This document shows, one piece after another, positions 25,351 to 37,077 of a DNA stretch of 64,000 nucleotides. Each line of letters opens with the position of its first letter. Positions within the stretch are counted from its first letter, which is position 1. This DNA is from Octopus vulgaris (lineage: Eukaryota). A program made the position numbers and the translations under genes. The notes below the pieces were generated by a model. That model made no database searches and had not been told where the DNA came from. It saw only the letters and a program-made list of their open reading frames with translations. Location of the stretch: contig OX597817.1 of the NCBI GenBank assembly GCA_951406725.2, forward strand, positions 123,070,001-123,134,000. The letters run 5' to 3'.

Positions 25351-26089
25351 TGAACTGCAGAAAAACAATTGGGAAAAATCTTGAGACTCTTTCTATTAAC
25401 CTTGGAGTTGATGTAATGTAGAAAACGTTTAAGTTCAGTACGAATTGTCTGTAAAATCCTCAGTACAATGTAATAACAAAATATGAAGAACAGAAAGATT
25501 TCAGTTTAGATCCACATACATATTCACAACTGTTTGAATTATTATTCTCCCAAATAGTGTTTGCAGTTCAGCAAAATCCTTCCCAATTGTCAGAATGTTT
25601 TTGTTGTCAATTACTTCCACGATCAACTCAATATTGCTCTTCTGAACAACATTGAAGTTGATGAAGGAAGTAAGTACATGAATGTGTGACTATTGATAAT
25701 TTTGTTATTCGTGTGTTTCTTTTTTTTTTGTTCTTGTGATTTTTTTCTCTGTTTGTTCTCGTGAAAGTATTTGTAAAATATAGTTTTCTTGTCATGAAGG
25801 TTTTAATGCTTTTGGTATTTGACTTTTGTGACGTATTTTCAATATTACTCTCATGTCTTAAGGCCTTCAATTTAGGCTGGCCTCTATTTATTTGTGTTTG
25901 AGTTTTCTTATCTCTGACGAAGACCTTTGGAGCAATTTCAACGGACCTTCATTTCTAAATGAGGCCTTTGCTTTTGCGAGGCCTGAGTCGGAGGAAAGAG
26001 GCAGATTTGAGCTAGTTTTAGTGTTCTCACCTAATGTTGTAGGCAGGGATTTTTCTTGTGATGGTAGTAATGTCGGAAAGCATAGTACT

Positions 26090-26745
26090 TTCTCTACCCC
26101 GAAGTAACAGACTTTGTGATTTTATTTCCTCTATAAACACCAACGTCTACTTGTATTCCCTTAAACAGAGGAAAATCGGGTATCCAATTTATTTTTTCTG
26201 AAGAAACTAGTATCAGGAATTCCATAAGAATTCCAGTGCTCTTGAGTTGTGGGGTGGACTTCACCTCTACAATCTTCCCATGGTACCCCAGAATGGCTTA
26301 GACTTTTGCCAGATCTCGATGAACCGGTACGTACTTGACTAGAATTCGAGTGAACATTTTATCCATATAATGGGGTATCATTATTAAGGTCTGGGACGTG
26401 AAAAGTAATTGTTGTCATTCTTTTTACTTCTTGCTCGCTAATGCAAATAGCAGCAACTGTCTTGTATTACTTTCCTTTATATATGTGTAGCACGGAGATC
26501 TTGGAAGCCTTTTCTTCTTTCTACCGAAGTAGAAAATTGAAGTTTCCTCTCCTGGCGAAAAACTTATTTATATACCATCATTTTTATTCAGAGTTAGTTT
26601 TTGCCTCCTCACTAAGGGATATAACACCTTGTTTTATAATATCATTTTCGTATTGGAGGGCTTTACCTTTCAGATCTGGCACAGAATGTATGGTCCACTG
26701 ACTAACTGTCTTCAAAAATGGCAAGAAGCTGTTGGAGTGCCATTT
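26090..26745 (-). pseudogene. Decayed ORF resembling a LINE (Tx1-type) ORF1
   Basis: Broken reading MIPHYMDKMFTRILVKYVPVHRDL..ILGYHGKIVEV..MEFLILV..IPDF..VDV..KVCYF; similarity judged by eye only. Confidence 0.35.
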
Positions 26746-26787
26746 TTATGTTGTTATTGTTGCTGTTCTTGTTATTACTACTGTTGC

Positions 26788-27176
26788 AGTGGAGGCGCAA
26801 TGGCCCAGTGGTTAGGGCAGCGGACTCGCGGTCATAGGATCGCGGTTTCGATTCCCAGACCGGGCGTTGTGAGTGTTTATTGAGCGAAAACACCTAAAGC
26901 TCCACGCGGCTCCGGCAGGGGATGGTGGTGATACCTGCTGTACTCTTTCACCACAACTTTCTCTCACTCTTACTTCCTGTTTCTGTTGTACCTGTATTTC
27001 AAGGGGCCGGCCTTGTCACTCTCTGTGTCACGCTGAATATCCCCGAGAACTACGTTAAGGGTACACGTGTCTGTGGAGTGCTCGGCCACTTATACGTTAA
27101 TATCACGAGCAGACTGTTCCGTTGATTCGGATCAACCGGAACCCTCGTCGTCGTACCGACGGAGTGCTTCCCATCC
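26788..27176 (+). mobile_element. Family-C tRNA-derived SINE, full length, 11-bp TSD
   Basis: A box TGGCCCAGTGG, B box GGTTTCGATTCCC; ACTACTGTTGC at 26777-26787 and 27177-27187. Confidence 0.93.
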
Positions 27177-27427
27177 ACTACTGTTGCCTAAAAACATTTC
27201 TGTTTTCGTTTTGCAGTTATTCTAGTTCACGCGGTTGTTGTTGTTGGTGGTGGGGGTGGTGTTGCTGATACTGTTGCTGTCATTGTTGTTTCTACTGCTG
27301 TTGTTGCTGCTGTTTGTATTTTTGCAGGTGTTGTCATCATAGCAACAACACGAAATTCCATTGCTTTGAGTTGATAAATTTATGTTAACTCCAACTTGCC
27401 TGACATTGACATCATGTTATTTTCACT

Positions 27428-27565
27428 GGTACTTAATTTATCGATCTCGAAAGGATGATAGGCAAGGTCGACCTCGGTAGAATTTGAACTCGGAACGTAA
27501 TGACGGACGAAATGTCGCTAAGCATTTCGCCCAACGGGCTAACGATTTTCCCAGCTCGCCGCCTT
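27428..27565 (-). mobile_element. Family-A SINE, partial
   Basis: GGCGGCGAGCTGG head and GAGTTCAAATTC. Confidence 0.85.
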
Positions 27566-27575
27566 AATAATAATG

Positions 27576-27608
<33 letters not shown>

Positions 27609-27661
27609 GTAGTAGTGGTAGTAGTAGTAGTAGTAGTATAGTAGTAGTAGTAGAAGTAGTA

Positions 27662-27695
<34 letters not shown>

Positions 27696-27704
27696 AAGAA
27701 GAAG

Positions 27705-27787
<83 letters not shown>

Positions 27788-27792
27788 ATGAT
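27565..27792. repeat. Compound trinucleotide microsatellite (AAT)n-(AGT)n-(AGA)n-(AGT)n
   Basis: Direct reading. Confidence 0.95.
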
Positions 27793-28845
27793 GCTTTTTC
27801 TATTAGCTACTAGGCCCGAACACAAATCATAAAGGACGATACAAAGACGAGGAACAGTGGGGTTAAACGTGTAAACAGAATAGAAAACACAATTAACAAG
27901 GGGATTAAACCAACAGTGTACTTCCGCAATAGGGGGGAGGAGTTCCATCGAGAGGTGCCTAAAGGAACCTCACACATTTTGGAACCCTAACACCAAAGGC
28001 ATCTCAGGTAGGCACTCTCTTCTCATTCCATCCGGCCTGTAGGTGCACACTTAGAGTAGGCCTATTCACACGGGCCATTTTTTTCACATTCATCCACCGT
28101 TCAACAAACTTACTGGGTGACAGCACCTCCCTCTCCAACCTCACATTCCTTTTCAGGTGGAACCTGAAAAAGTCAATGAAATCTTGACCGGAGAGGAAGG
28201 TACCTGCCTTCAACCCTTCAATCGCATCCACCACACAATCTCTGTCGCTATAGTCACCAGACAGAGAAAAACTGCCTGTCCTTCCTGACCAAAGGAAGGA
28301 GGCGGGGCGATCTTCACGATGGACTCGGATGATAGCCGGATCCGTCCTACACGAGACAATAACTGTTCGACAAAGCTCCACTAGTCAGCAATGTGTGGAC
28401 ACTGTACGAAAGCATGCAGAACGGTTTCATCGCTCCGCGTGCATCACGGACAAGCCTGTCTGACTGCACACCCGTGCCTGTAAAGCTTATTACGAACCGA
28501 CAGAACCTCCGCCTCCCGGTAGCCCTGCCAGGCCAAGGATTTCTAGAAGTGATGTTGGGCTGGTCCGAAAGTCCTCTGGAAGGGACCAGCCAGTTGATCC
28601 CTCCTTTTTTAGAAGCTCCACTACACCTCGGCTCACAGACTCGGGTATTCTATCGTTCTGCTGCCAGTTGCGGTAGACACCTCGCAAAAGCTCACCAAGG
28701 AAGTCTTTCATGGGAATATAAAGCTCTAAGGGCACCGAGACGCACCTATAATTTACTGTCCTTTTCTTAATTTCTACCTCCACTTCGGATGGGATTGCAA
28801 GGTTTGCTCAGGTTTTTTCTCTTTTTATGAGATTGTGGACCGGGG
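27793..28845 (-). mobile_element. Second Tx1-clade LINE fragment: short RT N-terminal piece fused to the ORF2 C-terminus and 3' UTR
   Basis: PLELY..GELLRGVYRNWQQNDRIPESVSRGVVELLKK and FFRFHLKRNVRLEREVL parallel the element at 7840-10895; large internal deletion. Confidence 0.85.
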
Positions 28846-28989
28846 CTAACATATGAGATAGACATCTATGTCTATCTCATAGTACCTTTGTTGGTATTTC
28901 GCAGTTGCTGCTTCAAAAGTACCTGTTCCGCTCTCACTGTTGATAGTGGTGGTGGAATTGTTCACGTTATTACTACTATTATTACTTCC

Positions 28990-29375
28990 GTGGAGGCGCA
29001 ATGGCCCAGTGGTTAGGGTAGCGGACTCGCGGTCATAGGATCGCGGTTTCGATTCCCAGACCGGGCGTTGTGAGTGATTATTGAGCGAAAACACCTAAAA
29101 GCTCCACGAGGCTCCGGCAGGGGATGGTGGTGATCCCTGCTGTACTCTTTCACCACAACTTTCTCTCACTCTTACTTCCTGTTTCTGTTGTACTTGTATT
29201 TCAAAGGGCCGGCCTTGTCACTCTCTGTGTCACGCTGAATATCCCCGAGAACTACATTAAGGGTACGCGTGTCTGTGGAGTGCTCAGCCACTTACACGTT
29301 AATTTCACGAGTAGGCTGTTCCGTTGATTTGGATCAACCGGAACCCTCATCGTCGTAACCGACGGAGTGCTTCCA
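28990..29375 (+). mobile_element. Family-C tRNA-derived SINE, second copy
   Basis: Highly similar to 26788-27176 over its whole length. Confidence 0.93.
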
Positions 29376-29983
29376 TTGCTTGTGTTCTCATCGATGTTTT
29401 TGTTGTCGTTAATCGATCTGTTATTGTTTTCTGTTAAGCTTCTCTGCTCCGTGTTGTTGGAGTTGTTATCAGTTATGGTATTTTCCACATTATTTCTGTT
29501 TGGAGAGTTGGCCGTTACATTTTTGTTGTCTGTTCGACTATCGAGTGATTGCGTGAACTCCATTGTGTCGCTTTTCTCTGTTGTAATACTTCTTTGTTCT
29601 TTCCGGTTAATTTTACCACCGTACATAGAATCTGTGATGTTTTAAATTCATTATCAATTTTATCCTCGAAACTGTTACTTGTGTCAGCGAAAATTATATT
29701 TCCGTGACTTTTCCTGCTGTCACAAACTGGTTTATTTTGCGTTAGAAAGTTACGCCCTCCACCCCACGTCATTTTCCGCTTGCGAACGTGTAAACATTTC
29801 GCAAATTCAAATATTTGGGAGCAAGGCCCAAATATTATTTAGTTCTTCTTTTTTTTTTTCTTTTGGTGACAAAGACTATTATCGTATACTCTCCTTTAAA
29901 CAATAATATCAACCAAGACAGTGGCTTTGATAACAAAAATTCCTGTCAACCTTGCACCGACGTTCTGACCTTCCAGCCGGAAG

Positions 29984-29984
<1 letters not shown>

Positions 29985-30079
<95 letters not shown>

Positions 30080-30095
30080 GAGAAGGAGAAGAAGA
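29985..30095. repeat. (AAT)n-(AAG)n microsatellite
   Basis: Direct reading. Confidence 0.95.
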
Positions 30096-30842
30096 AATCG
30101 AGAAGGTTCCGTACAGAATGCTTTGCAATGTTTATCGGCCTCCTCTTATTTTTTGCATGCCGGTACCGAAAAGGTCAAAATTGCCATTCTGAGGTCGATA
30201 AATAATGCCCAAGTCAAGCATACAAACACTGGGGTCGATAAAATCGACTGTTCCTTTCCTTTAAACTAGAGGCCTTTGCACTTTCGATGATAGAAATCAA
30301 TAATATTATTATTACTATTACTATTAATATTAATATAAATTGATATAAGAATCATACATGCTATAAAACTGCTTAAGTGATACGATAAAATAAATGAAGC
30401 AATTTCTTCTTTGGGAAAGAAGTAAAATTATTTGATAAGAAAAAAAGTTTTTTAAAAACTTTAAAAAAAAATTGAGAAAATATTAAAAACAAACCCATTA
30501 AACCTCTAATCTGTGAATAATAATGAGAAACATTATTTCACATCGCTGCCTTACATTTTGAATCATGCAACAGTTAATGAGGAATTCAGCTAAAATTTGC
30601 CTATAGGTTCTAAATTTCACAGTCAAAGAACAGTAGAAACATTAAAGAATTTTACCAAATCATTTGCAAGTGACGCAAAAATGCATTTGCTAAAGTTTTC
30701 ATAACCACAGCAAAATAAAAATCAAGGAGAATTATATTTGATATATACATTTTATTTTTTATTTTTGTGGTTTTGACAAAGATATTCATACAATTATAAA
30801 AGTACTCATACATTCAGACATTTACATGTACTCACACATGCA

Positions 30843-30893
<51 letters not shown>

Positions 30894-30962
30894 AATATTA
30901 GGGAAAAAATCAGATTTAGGATTAAATCCAATTTTATAGTAAAATAGTGGTTTTGTCTCTAA

Positions 30963-31011
<49 letters not shown>

Positions 31012-31018
<7 letters not shown>

Positions 31019-31438
31019 TATATCTAAGTCTCTCTAAAAGAGGCTACGGTAGCGGTACTGGATATTGATAGTTATCACCAAGCTAACATGGCAATCTAGT
31101 AAAACAGGACGAATGCTGCCGTTGATTAGCTCCAAGAGGCAATCGCCTCTAGCTAGCTACGTGACACACGAGCCTGTGCCCATTATAACCTTCGAACAGG
31201 GGAGGTCAGCCGCTTTTCCTTGTTGGGCGGGCATCTACAGACTAGTTTCAGGGTATTTGCCCCTTATCAACGTAGGGCAGCCGTACCCAGCAGGCGTCGC
31301 TACTGACCGTCTGTTCGAAGGATAATTTACCTAAATTCAATGGAATACATCCACTGGTTTTCAAAAATAGAAATATTAATATTTCTAAGTCTCTCTAAAT
31401 GAGACTACGGCATCGGTACTTGATATTAATAGTTATCA
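31012..31438 (-). mobile_element. Retrozyme-like non-coding element: 361-nt monomer plus 66-nt terminal redundancy, embedded in TA/CA microsatellite
   Basis: Direct repeats 31012-31077 and 31373-31438 (7 mismatches in 66 by eye); internal hammerhead; no credible ORF. Confidence 0.8.
31235..31275 (-). ncRNA. Minimal type I hammerhead ribozyme with U3-A8 core; predicted GUC cleavage between 31240 and 31239
   Basis: Minus strand CTACG-TTGATAA-GGGG(CAAATA)CCCT-GAA-ACTAGT-C-TGTAG: stem I CUACG/UGUAG, 4-bp stem II, palindromic stem III. Confidence 0.85.
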
Positions 31439-31449
31439 TTCATATATAT

Positions 31450-31512
<63 letters not shown>

Positions 31513-31671
31513 TGTATATATACATATATATATATGCATATATATACATACATATATATGCATATATATATAAATACATATATACATATATATATATGTA
31601 TGTATATATATATTTATATATACATACATTTATATATATATATATGTTTATATATACACATGCATACATAT

Positions 31672-31729
<58 letters not shown>

Positions 31730-32699
31730 TCATGGGTCACCAATGGTTCAAGGTACCCGAAAAAACCCCACTTGTTTCCGGGAATCCGTGTTCCGATTTA
31801 CGCGAAAATTCTGTTATTCCGTGTGTATTCAAATTTCAATGGTACTTTATTTTAAAAGCATTTCCCCCATTAGACGCCGGTTTGGCTATTTATAAAGATA
31901 TCCGAAAAAAATCCTTGGTCCAATTTACGTGAAATTTGCTTTATTCCGTTTCTATTCACATGAGCATCCGATTCATGACGTCTCTTGCTTTGTCACTTTC
32001 CCTCTGTTCCGCCAGATGCTCAGTCCTTGCTTTACCAGTCACATCGATCCTTGTATTCGCACGACTGTCCCGATCTTGGTTAAATATTTTGTAATGGACC
32101 TGTTCGTACTTCCAACGGGTATTTTCGAGTGCATTCAACGTAACTCACCTCCAAACCCTCCGCAAGTCACATTCTTTCGGAACAGAAAGGGGAGCGGAGT
32201 GGTGGAGACCTCGGAGTATCCTTGGAAACTCTGAGCTTCCCACCAACGGAATTTATTTCGTGGGTTTTTTCTGGGTTTTTTTTCCAGGTTATTTCACATA
32301 CTTTCAACGAATGTGACATCGAAATCACGTGTAAACGGCTCCTTTCCCCAGAAAAGGAAAGGTTCGTCAGCTATTTCATGCACTCCCTGATACAACATAG
32401 CAGCTGTTTCAGTCCTTTATCGCAAATAACTGTTATGTCGTGGCAGGGCGTGCCAGAAATGACAGCCAAATCTTTGGAAGTGAGATACGTTGAATGCGCT
32501 CGAAAAAACTACGGAAAAAATATAATTTCACACTGAGGTTACGAACGGATCTTTTACAAAATATTTACCGTATTTTCGAAGTCATTTTCACTTGAAGATA
32601 TTTTTTGAATATGCACGCCACAAAATTTTTGCAATGTTATTCACTTAAATTTTTTTTTTTAAGATTAAAATATTCTCTGTTTATAGAAAGCTGAAATAT

Positions 32700-33738
32700 A
32701 AATATCTACTGTACAACGCAACGGAAAATGCGAGGCATATTGATGCAATATATGGGGACTGGGCAAGAAGTGTAAGCCAGTGTCAACGGTCATTCCAGAA
32801 ATTCCGAGACGGAAACTACTGCCTAGAAGACGAGCCTCGTCCTGGAAGATCTGCAGAGCTCGACGAGGACGTCCTGCAAACTCTGGTGGAACAAAATCAC
32901 ATCGTAACTGTTACGGAACTAGCGGATAAGCTTGGATTTGGTCAGTCAACCATTCACCGACACCTGTGTGCCATCGGAAAAAAATCAGCAAATTGGGTCA
33001 ATAAGTTCCTCACAAACTTCCCGTTCCTAGTCACACGCAGAGAGTAAATGTGTGCTCTTCTTTGCTGTCATATCTCACGAATGAATATTTTTGACCGAAT
33101 AGTGACTGTTGAGGAGAAATGGGTTCTCTATAAAAATGTCAAGCGCGGAAGACAATGGGTAGAGCAAGGAGAAACACTGGCACCTCAGGCTAAAGAAGGT
33201 CTTCACTCACGTAAGGTGTTGTCATCTCTTTGGTGGGATATGAAAGGTTTACTCCACTTTAAGCTTTGAAACTCAGACCAAACAATAACCAAGATCTACT
33301 GCGGGCAGCTTGAGGGCTTAAGTCAACGCCAGAAGAAAAACGACAATCTTTGGTTTCAAGACGAAAGATGTTCTTCCATCGGGATAATGCTCAGCCACAT
33401 ACATCGGAGATGACATTCCAAGTGCTCGAGCAATTTGAATGAGAAACGATGCCCAACACACCAGACGTCGCCCCATCTGATTATCATATATTCCGCAGGT
33501 TTGAAAATCATTTGGACGGCAAAAATATGAAGTCTGTAGATGAAGTCAGAACAGTACCAGAGGAGTATTTTCGTCACAGATTAGGAAATTTCGGAAGAGG
33601 GGCCTTGCAAGTCTACCAGATAGATTGAAGAGCATTGTAGAAAATGAAGGAGAGTATATTTTAGATAAAAAAACTGTGTATATGTTAATTTTGAAAAATA
33701 GAATTAAAAAACCGCATTATTTATGGGATGACACAATA
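32700..33738 (+). mobile_element. Decayed mariner transposon with right end
   Basis: LEDEPRPGR, VPHKL, DRIVTVEEKWVLYKN, WWDMKG, HRDNAQPH, PDVAPSDYHIF; ends CATTATTTATGGGATGACACAA-TA. Confidence 0.92.
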
Positions 33739-33779
33739 TATATATATATGTATATATATGTATATATGTATATATGTAT

Positions 33780-33826
<47 letters not shown>

Positions 33827-34577
33827 GATGTATATGTATATATACATACATATATATATATATATGCATTTATGTATATATGTATACTGAATCTTCAGTA
33901 TCTTTACTCCTTGTATATTTTTATATTTTTACTGTGTATAGATATATGTATATATATATACATGTGCACACAGCATACATTTATACATACATGCATACAT
34001 ACATACATACATACAAACACATGCACTCTCTCACTCACACACAGTCACACACACACACGCACACGCACGAACAACATTGTAGGTCCGAGGCTTTTACGCA
34101 TGAAATTGTTAAAAAAACAAGAAAAAAAATGGAGCACGACTTTTCACGTAAATAACTCAGAAAAGAAGAAAGTAATGATATAAATATTTTTCACCCTGAG
34201 CATTAAATTTAATGGATTAATTTGGAGAAAAATAAAATGACATCTTCATAGCAGTGATCGTGAGAACTCATAATTTAAATTCTAATGATGAATATTTAAA
34301 CGATTGCCTTAGGGAATATGTATGACCCTGTAGCAATTTTAACGTTATATATATTTCCTGATATATTTTTTAGGATATATTCTTCTAAATTCTAAATAAC
34401 GAGACGTTAAAAAAAATCAATGTTCAGATTATTGGTGGGGAAGAAAACCATCGAAATATTTTTGGTGGTCTTTTCACAGTGGTGGAAATAAAAATGAGTG
34501 TGGAATGATACTGTTAATGCAAAAATGGAAAATGTTGTTTTCTGCAGTTTCATTTTGCTTCCGTTTAACCTTAGCGA

Positions 34578-34664
<87 letters not shown>

Positions 34665-34697
34665 CTACCGACATACATACATACATAAATATATACG

Positions 34698-34792
<95 letters not shown>

Positions 34793-35114
34793 TAGGTGGT
34801 GCTATTGAGTTAGACATGGCCTAGGCCTATACTAGCGGAAACCTATTAGAGTTATCAAAATTATTGTATATATATATATATATCATATGATATTTCTATT
34901 GACACCATTAATACAACAAGATTGCCTTGTATTAATAATTCTTCTGCCGGTATTAATATATATGTGTATGTGTGTGTGTGTGTGTATATGATCGCACAAA
35001 TGTACGTTTGTGTATGTATGTGAATATATAAATAGACGTACATTTATGCACTCATACACATATGCATACATTCATAGATATCAATCTCTATATGTATCTG
35101 TCTCTCTCTGTACA

Positions 35115-35337
35115 TATTCTTTTATTTGTTTCAGTCATTTGACTGCGGCCATGCTGGAGCAATGCCTTTAGTCGGACAAATCGAAACCCAAGTCTTATTC
35201 TTTGTAAGCCTAGTACTTAATCTATCGGTTTCGTTGCCGAACCGCTAAGTTACGGGGACGTAAGCACACCAGCACCGGTTGTCAAGTGATGGTGGTGGTG
35301 GTGGGGCAAACACCGACACAAAGGCACACAATCATAT

Positions 35338-35394
<57 letters not shown>

Positions 35395-35565
35395 CGCGCA
35401 CACACATACGACGAGCTTCTTTTAGGTTCCGTCTACGAAATCCACTCACAAAGCTTTGGTCGGCCCGAGGCTATAACATAAAACACTTGCAGAAGTTGCC
35501 CCGCAGTGGGACTGTACCCGGAACCGTGTGGTTGGTAAGCAAGCTACTTACCACACAGCCACTCC
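35115..35565 (-). mobile_element. Family-B SINE with expanded internal (CA)n
   Basis: Matches 19436-19840. Confidence 0.9.
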
Positions 35566-36499
35566 ATATACGTTCACACACACACACACACACATACACA
35601 CACACACATACACACACACATACACATACACACACGCACAATGGCAGTTTTCTGTTTGAGATGAAGCAGTGATGGCGTGCAGTACCGCTTCCCTGTAGTA
35701 CGTTGTGTGAATGTGATTGGTGTAATCATGATTGCTCAAATTGAATTTTTAACTGTTAAATTTATGTATCTGTTGCATGTTTTCTTTTGTTTGAAATTAT
35801 TATATTTGATTTGATACACGTGTGTTCTGTAAATGTGCTGTGTTTTCAATTTTGACCCCGTTTCACTCGTCTATTTTTGCGGGGAACTTCTGTAGAGTTT
35901 AAACATCTAGTTTGTCGTATTCGTAACTAGGTTTCTTTCGAGTAGAAATTCATTGAAATAATTCTCTTTGTACATCTCATAGTGAGCCGGCGGTAAAGCG
36001 CCGTTTATGTGTAGCCGATACAACGTTAGTGAAGTTTATAACTTACACATTTGTAATGACAGTTATTTTGTCCGCTTGTTGGAGAAATTTCCCACAATTG
36101 AAACGATTCGACAGCTTATGATATCCTTCCTTACATTACACAAAACCTCAATTTTGTTTTGCAGGACTACAGTGTATGGAATTGACGAAGGGCGAGAATC
36201 TACACAACCGTGTTTTGTATTCAAAATGTAAAGATAGAGACCTTAGCACAGAAAGAAATTTGGTATCGTACATCATTACTTCTTAACCACTCGAATATTC
36301 AATCTCAGATCAAAATTCTCAGTCGCTTCGATCCACATTACCATTGAATATAGAATCTGTTTCTGATTTCATGATTGAAGAAAATTTAATAGTGAATAAT
36401 GGTTAGCTCTGCATTAAATTCCCCATAAATACATATATTCAGAGACTCCCCGTACCAGGTGTGTGCTGCATGGGTGTGTGTATGAGTGTGTGTGCGTGC

Positions 36500-36567
<68 letters not shown>

Positions 36568-36925
36568 AATGCAACAAGGGATACTAACTTAAGCTATTGC
36601 TTTAGAATGTTTATGATGCACAATATTGATTAATGTCTTCAGACGGAAAAGAAGAATAACACTAACACGTTAACTGACAAGTAACATCTTAGTGCAATGT
36701 TTAGCTTCGTAATTGATGTTTTTATTATCCTGTATATATTTCATGATCTCACTATGTTTATAAATGTACATTTTCGCCATGAATAACAACTGTTCACCAA
36801 AGCTAATTAGGTTTTTTTTTTTTTCAAAGTTAAAATGTACTTTTTAGTTCTATTATTTTCATGTTTTCAGATGTTTTCCGAACTAAAAGAAAAACCGTTA
36901 TTGCTTAGAAAGCTCGGGATAGAAT

Positions 36926-36977
<52 letters not shown>

Positions 36978-36985
<8 letters not shown>

Positions 36986-37077
36986 CACCTATCCTTATAT
37001 ATATATGTAGGGGGTGTATGTATATATATATATACATACATCCCCTACATATATGTATAAGGATAGGTGTATATGTA
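36978..37077. repeat. About 100-bp palindrome centred on a (TA)n tract
   Basis: TACACCTATCCTTAT..TGTAGGGG / CCCCTACA..ATAAGGATAGGTGTA. Confidence 0.85.

Noticed and set aside
26791-26868. tRNA-like sequence (also 28992-29069)
   Set aside because: It is the SINE head: no proper acceptor or anticodon stems, and it continues into a SINE body with a TSD.
27433-27948. 171-aa Thr/Ser/Leu-run ORF
   Set aside because: Read-through of LINE 3' UTR, trinucleotide repeats and a SINE.
36165-36290. Acceptor-like site followed by a short open frame (LQCMELTKGENLHNRVLYSKC)
   Set aside because: No recognisable homology or partner exon; only a vague resemblance to transposase motifs.
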